Source of the DNA: Verrucomicrobia bacterium UBA2970
GTDB taxonomy: Bacteria; Verrucomicrobiota; Verrucomicrobiia; Limisphaerales; AAA164-E04
Assembly (NCBI GenBank): GCA_002348345.1
Contig: DEAY01000334.1
Span: 1-35,921 of the forward strand
Direction: 5' to 3'
DNA length: 35,921 nt
Below the pieces are notes generated by a model. That model ran no database searches, was not told where the DNA came from, and saw only the letters and a program-made list of their open reading frames with translations. Made by a program: the position numbers and the translations under genes. This document shows, piece by piece, positions 9,182 through 18,105 of this stretch (position 1 is the stretch's first letter; each line of letters begins with the position of its first letter).

Positions 9182-10171
9182 ATGGCCACTCCAAGAAGCT
9201 CGCCCCCTTCAATGACTTACCTCAACGCCATTCGTGATGCCCAGCATCATCTCTTGGAGACCGACCCCCGTGTCTTCATCTATGGTCAAGACGTCGGCGA
9301 ATTCGGAGGTGCATTCAAGGCCACCAAGCACTTGGCAGAACAGTTTCCTCAACGCGTTCTCGATGCGCCGATTAGCGAGGATGCGATGGTGGGAACGGCG
9401 ATCGGGGCTGCCATCGAAGGAATGCGTCCCATCATCGAGATGCAATTTGCCGATTTCTCGACGGTCGGATTCAATCAAATCGTCAATCACGCTGGCGCCT
9501 TCTTCTGGCGAACCGACGTCCCGATTCCGATCACCATTCGGCTTCCAAGCGGCGGCACCTCCGGCGCCGGCCCCTTCCATTCACAGAGTTTGGAAGCGAT
9601 CTATGCCCACTATCCCGGCCTGGTGGTCATGACGCCGGCAACGGTCGAGGATGCCTACAGCATGCTGATCGAAGCGGTCCAAATCAATGATCCCGTTCTC
9701 TTCTGCGAACACAAATACCTTTACTACCACTTGAAAGCCGAGCGTCTCCCGGAGCACAGCCTTCCGGCGGGTCGGGCGCGGGTCGCGCGCCCCGGGCGAG
9801 ACCTCACCGTGGTCACCTACAGCGCCATGCTTCATGAAGTCCTTGAGGCAGCCCACGAATTGGACAGCGAGGGAATCCAACTGGAAGTGATCGACCTTCG
9901 AACCGTCAAACCCATTGATACGGATACGATCATCGCCTCTGTCGCCCGCACCGGAAGACTCCTCTGCGTCGGCGAATCCTGGCCGTGGGGCGGCGTGAAT
10001 GCCGAGGTGGTTTCTCGGGTTGCCGCCGAAGGCTTCCACCTCCTCGACGCCCCTCCCAAGCGGATCAATGCTCAGGACACGCCGATCCCCTACCACCCCG
10101 ACCTATGGTCCGTCCATCGGCCGACGGCTCGAAGCATTCTCATGGCAGCCCGAGAGCTGCTACGCATTTAA
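9182..10171 (+). CDS. 2-oxoacid dehydrogenase E1 beta subunit
   Basis: GQDVGEFGGAF, DAPISE, EMQFADF, GPFHSQS, EVIDLRT. Confidence 0.95.
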   Translation: MATPRSSPPSMTYLNAIRDAQHHLLETDPRVFIYGQDVGEFGGAFKATKHLAEQFPQRVLDAPISEDAMVGTAIGAAIEGMRPIIEMQFADFSTVGFNQIVNHAGAFFWRTDVPIPITIRLPSGGTSGAGPFHSQSLEAIYAHYPGLVVMTPATVEDAYSMLIEAVQINDPVLFCEHKYLYYHLKAERLPEHSLPAGRARVARPGRDLTVVTYSAMLHEVLEAAHELDSEGIQLEVIDLRTVKPIDTDTIIASVARTGRLLCVGESWPWGGVNAEVVSRVAAEGFHLLDAPPKRINAQDTPIPYHPDLWSVHRPTARSILMAARELLRI

Positions 10172-10185
10172 ACCAACTCTTTGCC

Positions 10186-11382
10186 ATGGCCACCACTCCC
10201 ATCCTCATGCCTCAACTTGGCGAATCAATCGCCGAAGCGACGGTGATTGGTTTTCTCGCCCAAACGGGGGATCCCGTCGAAGTCGGTCAGGATATCCTCG
10301 AGGTTGAAACCAACAAAGCGACGCTGAACGTAACCGCACCGATCTCCGGCACCCTCCATTCCTGGCAAGTCGATCTTGACGAATCCTACGCCGTGGGAGC
10401 GGTTCTGGGACAGATCGCCCCCCGATCCCTGGTCGCGGAAAATGCCACTCCATCACCACCGTCTCCCGGGTCGGCTCCCCCCACGCCCGGTCAGGCCGAG
10501 CCACACCAAGAACGCCGCAAGGATCCCGAAGTCAAGCCGACCGTCGGCGGCCTTCCTGTTCCCGCCGAGGGGGCTGTTGTCACTTATCTCTCTCCAAGAC
10601 TCAAAGGACGCATGCATGAACTCGGACTTCGCAGCGCCGATCTGGCCGGGATCGCAGGATCGGGTGCCGGAGGGAGAATTACCATTCAAGATTTCGAACG
10701 GTTCATTGACAGCCTTGAAAAGACAGAGCTCAGCGAAGCCTCGCCCATGCGGGTTGCGGTTGCCGATGCGATGCGACGGAGCTGGACCCGACCCTTGGCG
10801 ACCGCAGGATTGTCGGTCGCTCTCGATCGACTCCTCCAACATCGAGCGTCTCAGGACCCGAAACCGGGGCCAACACTTTATGCAATTCGAGCCCTGGCGA
10901 TGGCACTCCGAGAAAACAGCGCCCCGGCCGGCCGCCTCATCGGCAAGAACATCTCCCACCCCCAAAGCATAGATATCGGATTCGCGGTCGAGGTCGAGGA
11001 CGGCGTTCTCGTGCCGGTGCTCAGGAGGGCAGACTCCCGAACCCTTGCCGAACTGCTTCCCGAGTATCAAGCGCTCATGCAGCAAGCCCGGGAGCGGACC
11101 CTTCCCGCCACAGCAACTACCCGATCAATCGCGACGGTGACCAATTTCGGAAGTTTCGGATTAACCTGGGCAACCCCCATTCCTCTTCCCGAACAGAATC
11201 TGGTCATGGGCCTCGGAGCCGGGCAGAAACAACCCCTCTGGGACGACGAGGCCGCCAAGTTTGTCCCTCAGATCGAGGCGAACCTCACCCTCAGCTTCGA
11301 CCATCGGGTGCTCGACGGGGGAGCGGCGGGCCGCCTGCTCACTCGAGTCGCCTCGCTGATGAACGCTCCCGGGGATCTCTAG
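10186..11382 (+). CDS. 2-oxoacid dehydrogenase E2 (dihydrolipoamide acyltransferase)
   Basis: Start moved to ATG 10186 (MATTPILMPQLGESI). Lipoyl motif EVETNKA, subunit-binding domain GSGAGGRIT, catalytic DHRVLDG. Confidence 0.92.
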   Translation: MATTPILMPQLGESIAEATVIGFLAQTGDPVEVGQDILEVETNKATLNVTAPISGTLHSWQVDLDESYAVGAVLGQIAPRSLVAENATPSPPSPGSAPPTPGQAEPHQERRKDPEVKPTVGGLPVPAEGAVVTYLSPRLKGRMHELGLRSADLAGIAGSGAGGRITIQDFERFIDSLEKTELSEASPMRVAVADAMRRSWTRPLATAGLSVALDRLLQHRASQDPKPGPTLYAIRALAMALRENSAPAGRLIGKNISHPQSIDIGFAVEVEDGVLVPVLRRADSRTLAELLPEYQALMQQARERTLPATATTRSIATVTNFGSFGLTWATPIPLPEQNLVMGLGAGQKQPLWDDEAAKFVPQIEANLTLSFDHRVLDGGAAGRLLTRVASLMNAPGDL

Positions 11383-11494
11383 CAGGGGATCCGGGATTCC
11401 GTTGCCACCACCGCCAAATCGATTAGAACCCCTCTCGAATGGGCGTCAAAATAGCCTGGCCGAATCCGATTCGATCGCGCCACCCTCTACCCGT

Positions 11495-12442
11495 ATGAAT
11501 GGGCTCCCTGATTGGTTCCATCACGGCCAAATCGCTATTGGATTGGGAATCTTTTTACCGGTCACGACCCTGTTCACTGCCGGGGACCGGGACACAAAGG
11601 TGCGAGCGGACAAAACCCAGGTCGAATCCGCCGGCCAATGGTTTTAAAACGACCTGGACCGAGCGCTCCAGGAAGGCCGCAAGACCGAAAAGCCCCTGCT
11701 CGTGACCCTTCGTTGTATCCCATGAGACGCTTGCTCAGCATTTGACGGGCAGGCGGTCCGTCTTGAATCGGATTTGAAGGACATCATGCGGCACTTCGTA
11801 CGGGCCCGCCTGATCCAATGCAATTCCCTCGCCCTAGAACTCTTTCAATTTGATTACGACCTGACCTTCGCGGCCTTTTTCCTGAATGCCGACAAAACCA
11901 TTTATGGATGATTCGGCACTCGATCCAGCGCCCGAGAGGCATCCCGGGATATTTCGATCGAGGGCTTCCGAAAGGCCATGGAGGGCGCCCTGCTCCTGCG
12001 TCAAGCCAACGCCCCCACGACCTTATCGGTCCGAGTCAAACGGGGGGAGGTTCTTCTCAACCTACCAATCCCCCTTTCCTCGACGTGGCAACAGGAACGC
12101 GACCTCTCGTGGCGAACCACCAGTTGGGATCTTCGTCGCATCGCAACGGGGGGTTTACTCCTCGAGTCCCTCAGTCACGGACAACGACAAGCCGCCGGCC
12201 TCCATTCGAATCAACTCGGCTTGAGGGTGGAGCATGTGGGACAGCATGGGGACCACGGGGTCGCCAAGAGAGCCGGCTTTCAGAAAAACGACATCATCAT
12301 CTCGTTCGATCATCAGACCCAGGCGTGGCGAGAGACCGCGCTCTTTGCCCATATTCTGCGAACCCGCCGCTCCGGAGCGGTCGTTCCAGTCACCGTGCTT
12401 CGAAAGGGGCACCCACACCGATTCGAACCTCGAATCCAATAG
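11495..12442 (+). pseudogene. Disrupted thioredoxin-like (Trx7)/PDZ-domain (seleno)protein gene
   Basis: One frame from ATG 11495 to TAG 12442 reads ...GQWF*NDLDRALQEGRKTEKPLLVTLRCIP*DACSAFDGQ...LFQFDYDLTFAAFFLNADKTIYG*FGTRS...DLSWRTTSWDLRR...AKRAGFQKNDIIISFD. Stops are TAA 11645, TGA 11723 (Sec position) and TGA 11909. Confidence 0.85.
11744..11762 (+). promoter_or_regulatory. Putative bacterial SECIS hairpin downstream of the in-frame UGA at 11723-11725
   Basis: 7-bp stem gacgggc/gtccgtc (one G-U pair) with an AGGCG loop. The loop starts 25 nt after the UGA. Confidence 0.65.
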
Positions 12443-12559
12443 GCGGCCCGATCCAAAACAAGAACCGCCGCCGCCAGGGCAAGATTCAATCGGTCTGGAG
12501 TGCCAATCGCTGCGCCCCCCGTCCGAATCATTCGCCCATCAGATCGCCACACTTTTGGT

Positions 12560-12588
12560 TTGTCGCCAATCCCCAATCCAGGCAATCT
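12560..12588 (+). promoter_or_regulatory. Putative sigma70 promoter of hom-thrC-lysC (TTGTCG-N17-CAATCT)
   Basis: 17-nt spacing, 10 nt before ATG 12599, no SD. Confidence 0.35.
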
Positions 12589-12598
12589 CTCCCCCTTT

Positions 12599-13924
12599 AT
12601 GCGGGCATTGAACGTGGCGATCATCGGTGGCGGAACCGTCGGTTGTGGTGTTTACCAGGCACTCCAACGGAACGGCACCCTCATGGCCGCCCGGATCGGC
12701 ACAGCGCTCAAGGTCCGGCACGTCGTCGTCCGGAAAAAACGCAAGCGCCGGAGCGTCGCCATTCCCTCGGAAGTTCTGACGACGGATTGGGAATCAGCCA
12801 TTCGAGATCCAGAAGTCCAAATCGTCGTCGAACTCATCGGCGGAACGACGACGGCAAGACGGGTCGTGGAAACGGCGCTCCGACTCAAGAAACCCGTCAT
12901 CACCGCCAATAAAGCACTGCTTTCCGCACACGGCAAATCTCTCTTCGGACTGGCCGCCCGCCACCAGGTGGGACTCTATTACGAGGCCAGTGTCGCAGGT
13001 GGAATCCCCATCATCAAGGCCTTGCGGGAGAGTCTGGTCGGTAACCGATTCACCCAAATCTACGGGATCCTGAACGGGACCTGCAATTACATCCTCACTC
13101 GGATGGAATCGGGCGGAGAACCCTTTGATGAAGTCTTGCTCGACGCCCAGCGACGGGGGTATGCCGAAGCCGAGGCTTCCCTCGACATCGACGGCCTCGA
13201 TGCCATGCACAAGGCGGGCCTGATTGCCTCCATCGCTCACGGATTCTGGGTCCCTCCACGAGCGATTCACGTCGAAGGCATCGGTGGGATCTCCGTCCTC
13301 GACATCGAGTTTGCCGAGAAACTCGGCTATCGAATCCGACTCCTGGCCACCATCTGTCCCTGCGGCGAACGCTCTTCGGTGTCCGCTTCGAAGCCTCGAA
13401 TTCAGGTTTCCGTCTGCCCGACCCTGATTCCCAAATCCCATGTTCTTGCCAGTGTGAATGGTGTCTTCAATGCGGTCTACGTCAATGGGGATGTGGTCGG
13501 AGAGACCCTCTTCTATGGCCAGGGAGCCGGCCAAGATGCCACCGCCAGCGCGGTCTTGAGTGACGTCGCCGATGCCGCTCTTGATCTGGCCTCATCGTCC
13601 CCTGCCCGCGTGGCTCCGTTTCAGCCCTACGCGAGCGGGAGCGACGTCATCCCTTGGAAGGAAGTGGTCAGCGAATACTACATGCGCCTTTCGGTCGTTG
13701 ACAAACCCGGCACGATGGCCCAGATCGCAACCGTCCTGGCCGAGGAGGGAATCGGGATTTCCTCGATCGTGCAACCCGAAGGCCACGAGGGAGGCATCGG
13801 ACCGTTGATTCTCATGATCCATGATGCCACCACGGGCATCATTCAACATGCGACGAAGCGGATCAGTCGCCTCAAGGTGGTGAAGGGGAAACCGCAATTG
13901 ATTCGGGTCGAACACTTTCACTAA
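12599..13924 (+). CDS. hom: Homoserine dehydrogenase with C-terminal ACT domain
   Basis: Start at ATG 12599. GGGTVG Rossmann motif, VITANKA, YEASVAGGIP, GILNGTCNYIL, ACT (DKPGTMAQI). Confidence 0.96.
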   Translation: MRALNVAIIGGGTVGCGVYQALQRNGTLMAARIGTALKVRHVVVRKKRKRRSVAIPSEVLTTDWESAIRDPEVQIVVELIGGTTTARRVVETALRLKKPVITANKALLSAHGKSLFGLAARHQVGLYYEASVAGGIPIIKALRESLVGNRFTQIYGILNGTCNYILTRMESGGEPFDEVLLDAQRRGYAEAEASLDIDGLDAMHKAGLIASIAHGFWVPPRAIHVEGIGGISVLDIEFAEKLGYRIRLLATICPCGERSSVSASKPRIQVSVCPTLIPKSHVLASVNGVFNAVYVNGDVVGETLFYGQGAGQDATASAVLSDVADAALDLASSSPARVAPFQPYASGSDVIPWKEVVSEYYMRLSVVDKPGTMAQIATVLAEEGIGISSIVQPEGHEGGIGPLILMIHDATTGIIQHATKRISRLKVVKGKPQLIRVEHFH

Positions 13925-13928
13925 AGCC

Positions 13929-15017
13929 ATGTCCCCATCCCCTCTATTGCAATCCGCTGACCGCTGGCAGGGCGTCATTCACCGCTACGCGAAGTATCTT
14001 CCCGTGACCGACGCCACCCCCCGGATCTCACTTTCCGAGGGGAACACGCCATTGGTTCGGGTCGACCATTTCGTCGAAGCCATCGGGGGCAAGTTTTCCC
14101 TCTTCCTCAAGTACGAAGGCCTCAATCCGACCGCCTCGTTCAAAGATCGCGGGATGACCCTCGCGATCAGCAAGGCGTGCGAAAAAGGAGCCGAGGTCGT
14201 CGCCTGTGCGAGCACGGGGAACACATCCGCCGCCGCCGCCGCCTACTCCGCGAGGGCGAAGCTGAAGTGTGTCGTCATCCTACCCCACGGAAACATCGCG
14301 ATGGGCAAACTCTCTCAGGCCCTGATCTACGGAGCCGAGACCATCGCCATCCGCGGGAATTTCGATGATGCGCTGCGGATCGTTCGTGAACTCGGCGGGA
14401 CCGGCCGAGTCGAAGTCGTCAACAGCATCAACCCGGTCCGGATCGAGGGGCAAAAAACGGCCGCTTTTGAGATCTGCGATCAACTGGGTCGAGCGCCTGA
14501 TTTTCATTTCCTACCGGTTGGAAATGCTGGAAACATCACCGCCTACTGGCGGGGTTTCCAAGAATACGCCGATCGAGGATTGGTCGAGACCACCCCCCGT
14601 CTCATGGGATGGCAGGCGGCGGGCGCCGCCCCCCTGGTTGAAGGGAAGCCGGTGGCGCAACCGGAGACCATTGCCACGGCGATTCGAATCGGCAATCCCG
14701 CGAGCTGGCAGGGCGCTGAGACGGCGGTCCGTGAATCACAAGGCGGGATTGACAAGGTCACCGACGAAGAAATCCTCCACGCCTACAAGACCATTGCTCA
14801 AACCGAAGGCATTCTGGCTGAACCCGCTTCGGCAGCACCCCTCGCCGGCTTGATTCGTGCCGTCCACAATCAGTCGATTCCCGAGGGGAGCCTGGTCACC
14901 GCCACCATGACCGGCCACGGGCTCAAGGATCCCGACCGTGCTCTGAAAACCGCTGGAGTCGAACCCACGGTGGTGGATCCTTCGACCTCGGCGGTGATGA
15001 AATCAATTGGCATGTAG
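13929..15017 (+). CDS. thrC: Threonine synthase
   Basis: EGNTP, NPTASFKDRG (PLP Lys), CASTGNTS, PVGNAGN, TGHGLKDP. Confidence 0.97.
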   Translation: MSPSPLLQSADRWQGVIHRYAKYLPVTDATPRISLSEGNTPLVRVDHFVEAIGGKFSLFLKYEGLNPTASFKDRGMTLAISKACEKGAEVVACASTGNTSAAAAAYSARAKLKCVVILPHGNIAMGKLSQALIYGAETIAIRGNFDDALRIVRELGGTGRVEVVNSINPVRIEGQKTAAFEICDQLGRAPDFHFLPVGNAGNITAYWRGFQEYADRGLVETTPRLMGWQAAGAAPLVEGKPVAQPETIATAIRIGNPASWQGAETAVRESQGGIDKVTDEEILHAYKTIAQTEGILAEPASAAPLAGLIRAVHNQSIPEGSLVTATMTGHGLKDPDRALKTAGVEPTVVDPSTSAVMKSIGM

Positions 15018-15041
15018 GCCTTAGTTTAGGGTTTTCTCCAA

Positions 15042-16256
15042 ATGGCTCTCATCGTTCAAAAGTATGGCGGCACCTCCGTCAAAGACACCGATCGGATCAA
15101 GAAGGTCGCCCAACGGGTCGCCGATTATCGCAAGCGAGGCGACCAGATCATCGTGGTGGTCTCAGCCATGGGAGGCGTGACCGATCGCTTAATCGGCCTG
15201 GCCAACGAGATCATGCCCGAGCCGACGGAACGGGAGATGGACATGCTTCTCGCGACCGGCGAGCAAACCACCATCGCCCTCATGGCGATGGCCCTCAACC
15301 AGCTTGATGTCTCCGCGGTCTCTCTCACCGGCGCCCAGGCCGGAATCGTGACCGATGGAGTGCATACCAAAGCCAAGATCCGAAACATCACGCCCAGGCA
15401 AGTTCATCAAATGCTGGACGAAGGGAAGGTCGTGATCGTCGCCGGATTCCAGGGCCAAACCGCTGAGGGTCACATCACCACCCTGGGGCGGGGAGGATCG
15501 GACCTGACCGCCATCGCTATCGCCTCGGCCGTCAAGGCCGACCTCTGTCAAATCTACACCGATGTCGACGGGGTCTACACGACCGATCCCCGACTCGTTC
15601 CCAACGCAAAAAAACTCGACGAGATCTCCTATGACGAGATGCTCGAATTGGCGAGCGCCGGCGCAAAGGTCATGCAGAGCCGGTCCGTCGAGTTCGCCAA
15701 GAAATTTGGAGTCCCGTTTGAAGTTCGTTCTAGCCTGAATCAAAACCCCGGCACGATCGTGAAAGAAGAAACCGCCAACATGGAGAACGTCGTCGTTCGC
15801 GGCGTCTCCCTCGACAAGAACCAAGCCAAAGTCACCCTCGTCGGCGTTCCGGACCGACCCGGAGTCGCGTCAAGAATCTTCAAAGCGTTGAGCCAAGCCG
15901 CGGTCAACGTCGACATGATTGTTCAAAACGTCGGCCATGGGGATAAGCCCGCCACCGACCTGTCCTTCACCGTCGAGCGGGGTGATCTCCCCAAATCCCA
16001 ACGGGTGATCGATGAGCTTCGCGAAGACATTGGATTCACCAAAGTGGTGGCTCAGGCCGAGATGGGCAAGCTCTCGGTCGTGGGCGTCGGGATGAAGAGT
16101 CACTCCGGGATTGCCGCCAAACTCTTCGAGATCCTCTCGGAACAACGAATCAACATCGACATGATTTCCACCAGCGAGATCAAGATCTCTGTCGTGATCT
16201 CGCTGGCTCAAGCTGAGGAAGCCCTGAAGGCGGCGCATCAGGCGTTCATCGGCTAG
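15042..16256 (+). CDS. lysC: Aspartate kinase (two ACT domains)
   Basis: QKYGGTSV, VVSAMG, TTLGRGGSD, TDVDGVYTTDPR, ISTSEIKIS. Confidence 0.97.
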   Translation: MALIVQKYGGTSVKDTDRIKKVAQRVADYRKRGDQIIVVVSAMGGVTDRLIGLANEIMPEPTEREMDMLLATGEQTTIALMAMALNQLDVSAVSLTGAQAGIVTDGVHTKAKIRNITPRQVHQMLDEGKVVIVAGFQGQTAEGHITTLGRGGSDLTAIAIASAVKADLCQIYTDVDGVYTTDPRLVPNAKKLDEISYDEMLELASAGAKVMQSRSVEFAKKFGVPFEVRSSLNQNPGTIVKEETANMENVVVRGVSLDKNQAKVTLVGVPDRPGVASRIFKALSQAAVNVDMIVQNVGHGDKPATDLSFTVERGDLPKSQRVIDELREDIGFTKVVAQAEMGKLSVVGVGMKSHSGIAAKLFEILSEQRINIDMISTSEIKISVVISLAQAEEALKAAHQAFIG

Positions 16257-16445
16257 ACCCTCTCTTTTCTCTCGTTACCAATGGTCACAAGGGACCTCGG
16301 AAAGAAGGCGTCGATTCCGTTCATGAGGACCATCGGAAAGGGTCCAGAGCCCCAGGGAAACCGTCCCCCTCAACCGGTTCCAAGACGCCGAAGCCGACCG
16401 AGCCTATCCTGATGGGCCGAAAATCTACCCAGGACCGATCAACCC

Positions 16446-16472
16446 TGTAACGCTCCGCTGGTCCATCCCGTA
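16446..16472 (+). promoter_or_regulatory. Putative ECF sigma promoter (TGTAAC-N17-CGTA) upstream of tolC-like/aas
   Basis: AAC in the -35 box and CGT in the -10 box, followed by an AT-rich stretch, about 95 nt before the ATG. Confidence 0.45.
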
Positions 16473-16567
16473 TATTACTACAAAACGATTGTTGACCCAA
16501 AAGATCTGAGGATTGTCCCCAGCTTTCTTTTGACGAGCGGCGGTTTTTTTCGCACCTTTTTTTACAC

Positions 16568-18100
16568 ATGCAGAAGTTATTCAGCGCTGCTCTCGGATTT
16601 GGCCTCCTGACGGTCGCCACGGTCTCTGCTCAGGACAAGCCCACGGGGTCTCGTGCCATGTCGCTCAACGACTGCATTCAAACCGCGCTGGAGCACAATC
16701 TCTCGCTCCAGGTCGAGCGGATCAATCCCGACATCGCCCACTCGAACCTGAGGATTGCCTACGCCGGTTGGGATCCCAACTTCAGTTCGAGTTTCAACAA
16801 CAGTTTCCGTCAACAACCCGGTAATGTAGACGAATTCGGTCGAGCCATTCCGGGAACCTCCAGCGAAACGGATTTCGTCAGCGCCGGCCTTAACGGTCAA
16901 CTCCCCACCGGCCTGGGCTACAGCATTCAGGCGAATGTCAGCGATACCTTGTTCGAATCCGCCTTCATCGATCCCATCACCGGCCTCCCGATCTCATTCG
17001 GCTCCGACAATGCAAACGGTGCGGTGCAGGTCACCATGAACCAGCCCCTGCTTCGCGGCTTTCTGATCGACAATACCCGGCTCAACATCAAGTTGAGCCG
17101 CAATGATTTGAAGAATTCCGAGCTCCGCCTCGTCTGGCAAATCATGAATACCGTGTTCCAGGTCGAACAGGCCTACTACGACCTGATTGCCGCCGAGGAA
17201 ACCGTCAAAGTCCAGGAGAAGGCCGTTGAACTCGCCGAACGGCTTCTCACCGAGAACCGCAAGCGGGTGGAGGTAGGGGCCATGGCTCCGCTCGATGAGA
17301 AGCAGGCGGAATCCCAGTTCGCCGGGGCCCGAGCCAGCCTGCTCCGAGCCCAGGGCAACCTGGCGAGAACCCAGAATCTGTTGAAGAACTTTCTCAGTGA
17401 TGAGTATCTCCAGTGGCAGAATGTCCGGATCAATGCCACTGAAGTCCTCCGGGCGCTCCCCATCGCCTTCAGCCGGCAGGACAGTTGGCACAAGGCGATG
17501 ACGCTTCGCCCCGATCTGCAACAACAACGACTGACCCTGCAAAACCAGGGCATCCTCGTAAAGTTCAACAAGAACCAGGTCCTGCCCCAGCTTGATGTCG
17601 TGGGCAGCTTCGGGTATTCGGCCGGTGGCCGCGGCATTGGCTATTCGGGCGTATTCGACCAGGTCTCACGACAGGACAATCCGATCTGGTCGGTCGGCGG
17701 CCGCTTCTCCATCCCGATCGGAAACCGCGTCGCCCGGAACAACCTCAAGATCGCCCGAGCGCGGGAAGAACAACAGGTGATCGGCCTCAAACAATTCGAG
17801 CAGGACATTATGGTCGCGGTTGAAAACGGCGTCACCACGGCGCAGATCAATCTGCAACAAGTCGACGCCACCCGGCAACAACGTGAATTTGCCGAGGCCG
17901 CCCTCGAGGCGGAGGAAAAGAAACTGGAGAACGGCAAGAGCACCAGTTTCTTTGTGCTCCAGTTGCAACGGGATCTGACATCGGCGCGATCCCAGGAGAT
18001 CCAGTCGCTCAGCGAATACAACAAGGCGGTCTCCAGCCTCTCCTTGCTGGAAGGTGGGATCCTTCAAGCCCGAGAGATCAGCCTGGAAGCTGACGAGTAA
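16568..18100 (+). CDS. TolC family outer membrane efflux protein
   Basis: Signal peptide, SLNDCIQTALEHN, QPLLRG, AYYDL, RPDL, LPQLD, ENGKSTSFFVL; two OEP repeats. Confidence 0.92.
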   Translation: MQKLFSAALGFGLLTVATVSAQDKPTGSRAMSLNDCIQTALEHNLSLQVERINPDIAHSNLRIAYAGWDPNFSSSFNNSFRQQPGNVDEFGRAIPGTSSETDFVSAGLNGQLPTGLGYSIQANVSDTLFESAFIDPITGLPISFGSDNANGAVQVTMNQPLLRGFLIDNTRLNIKLSRNDLKNSELRLVWQIMNTVFQVEQAYYDLIAAEETVKVQEKAVELAERLLTENRKRVEVGAMAPLDEKQAESQFAGARASLLRAQGNLARTQNLLKNFLSDEYLQWQNVRINATEVLRALPIAFSRQDSWHKAMTLRPDLQQQRLTLQNQGILVKFNKNQVLPQLDVVGSFGYSAGGRGIGYSGVFDQVSRQDNPIWSVGGRFSIPIGNRVARNNLKIARAREEQQVIGLKQFEQDIMVAVENGVTTAQINLQQVDATRQQREFAEAALEAEEKKLENGKSTSFFVLQLQRDLTSARSQEIQSLSEYNKAVSSLSLLEGGILQAREISLEADE

Positions 18101-18105
18101 ATACC

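Noticed and set aside
9985-10185. N-terminal extension of E2 in the ORF track (similarly 1593, 12500, 26832, 30810, 32637)
   Set aside because: These extensions overlap upstream genes or promoters. Family-typical N-termini begin at downstream ATGs.
11909-11962. Second TGA as another selenocysteine codon; an imperfect hairpin with a GGCA loop (11931-11948) does follow it
   Set aside because: The context IYG*FGTR fits an Arg codon (CGA to TGA transition) rather than a redox Cys site, and such hairpins are common at this GC content. An alignment would settle it.
11495-12442. Alternative genetic code (UGA or UAA reassigned) as the cause of the in-frame stops
   Set aside because: TGA and TAA end many bona fide genes in this window (msrB, E1alpha, trmB; rnc, hom), and no other gene is interrupted.
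11908-12912. 334-aa ORF spanning the pseudogene and the start of hom
   Set aside because: It is Arg/Pro-rich, has no motifs, and is out of frame with two recognisable coding sequences.
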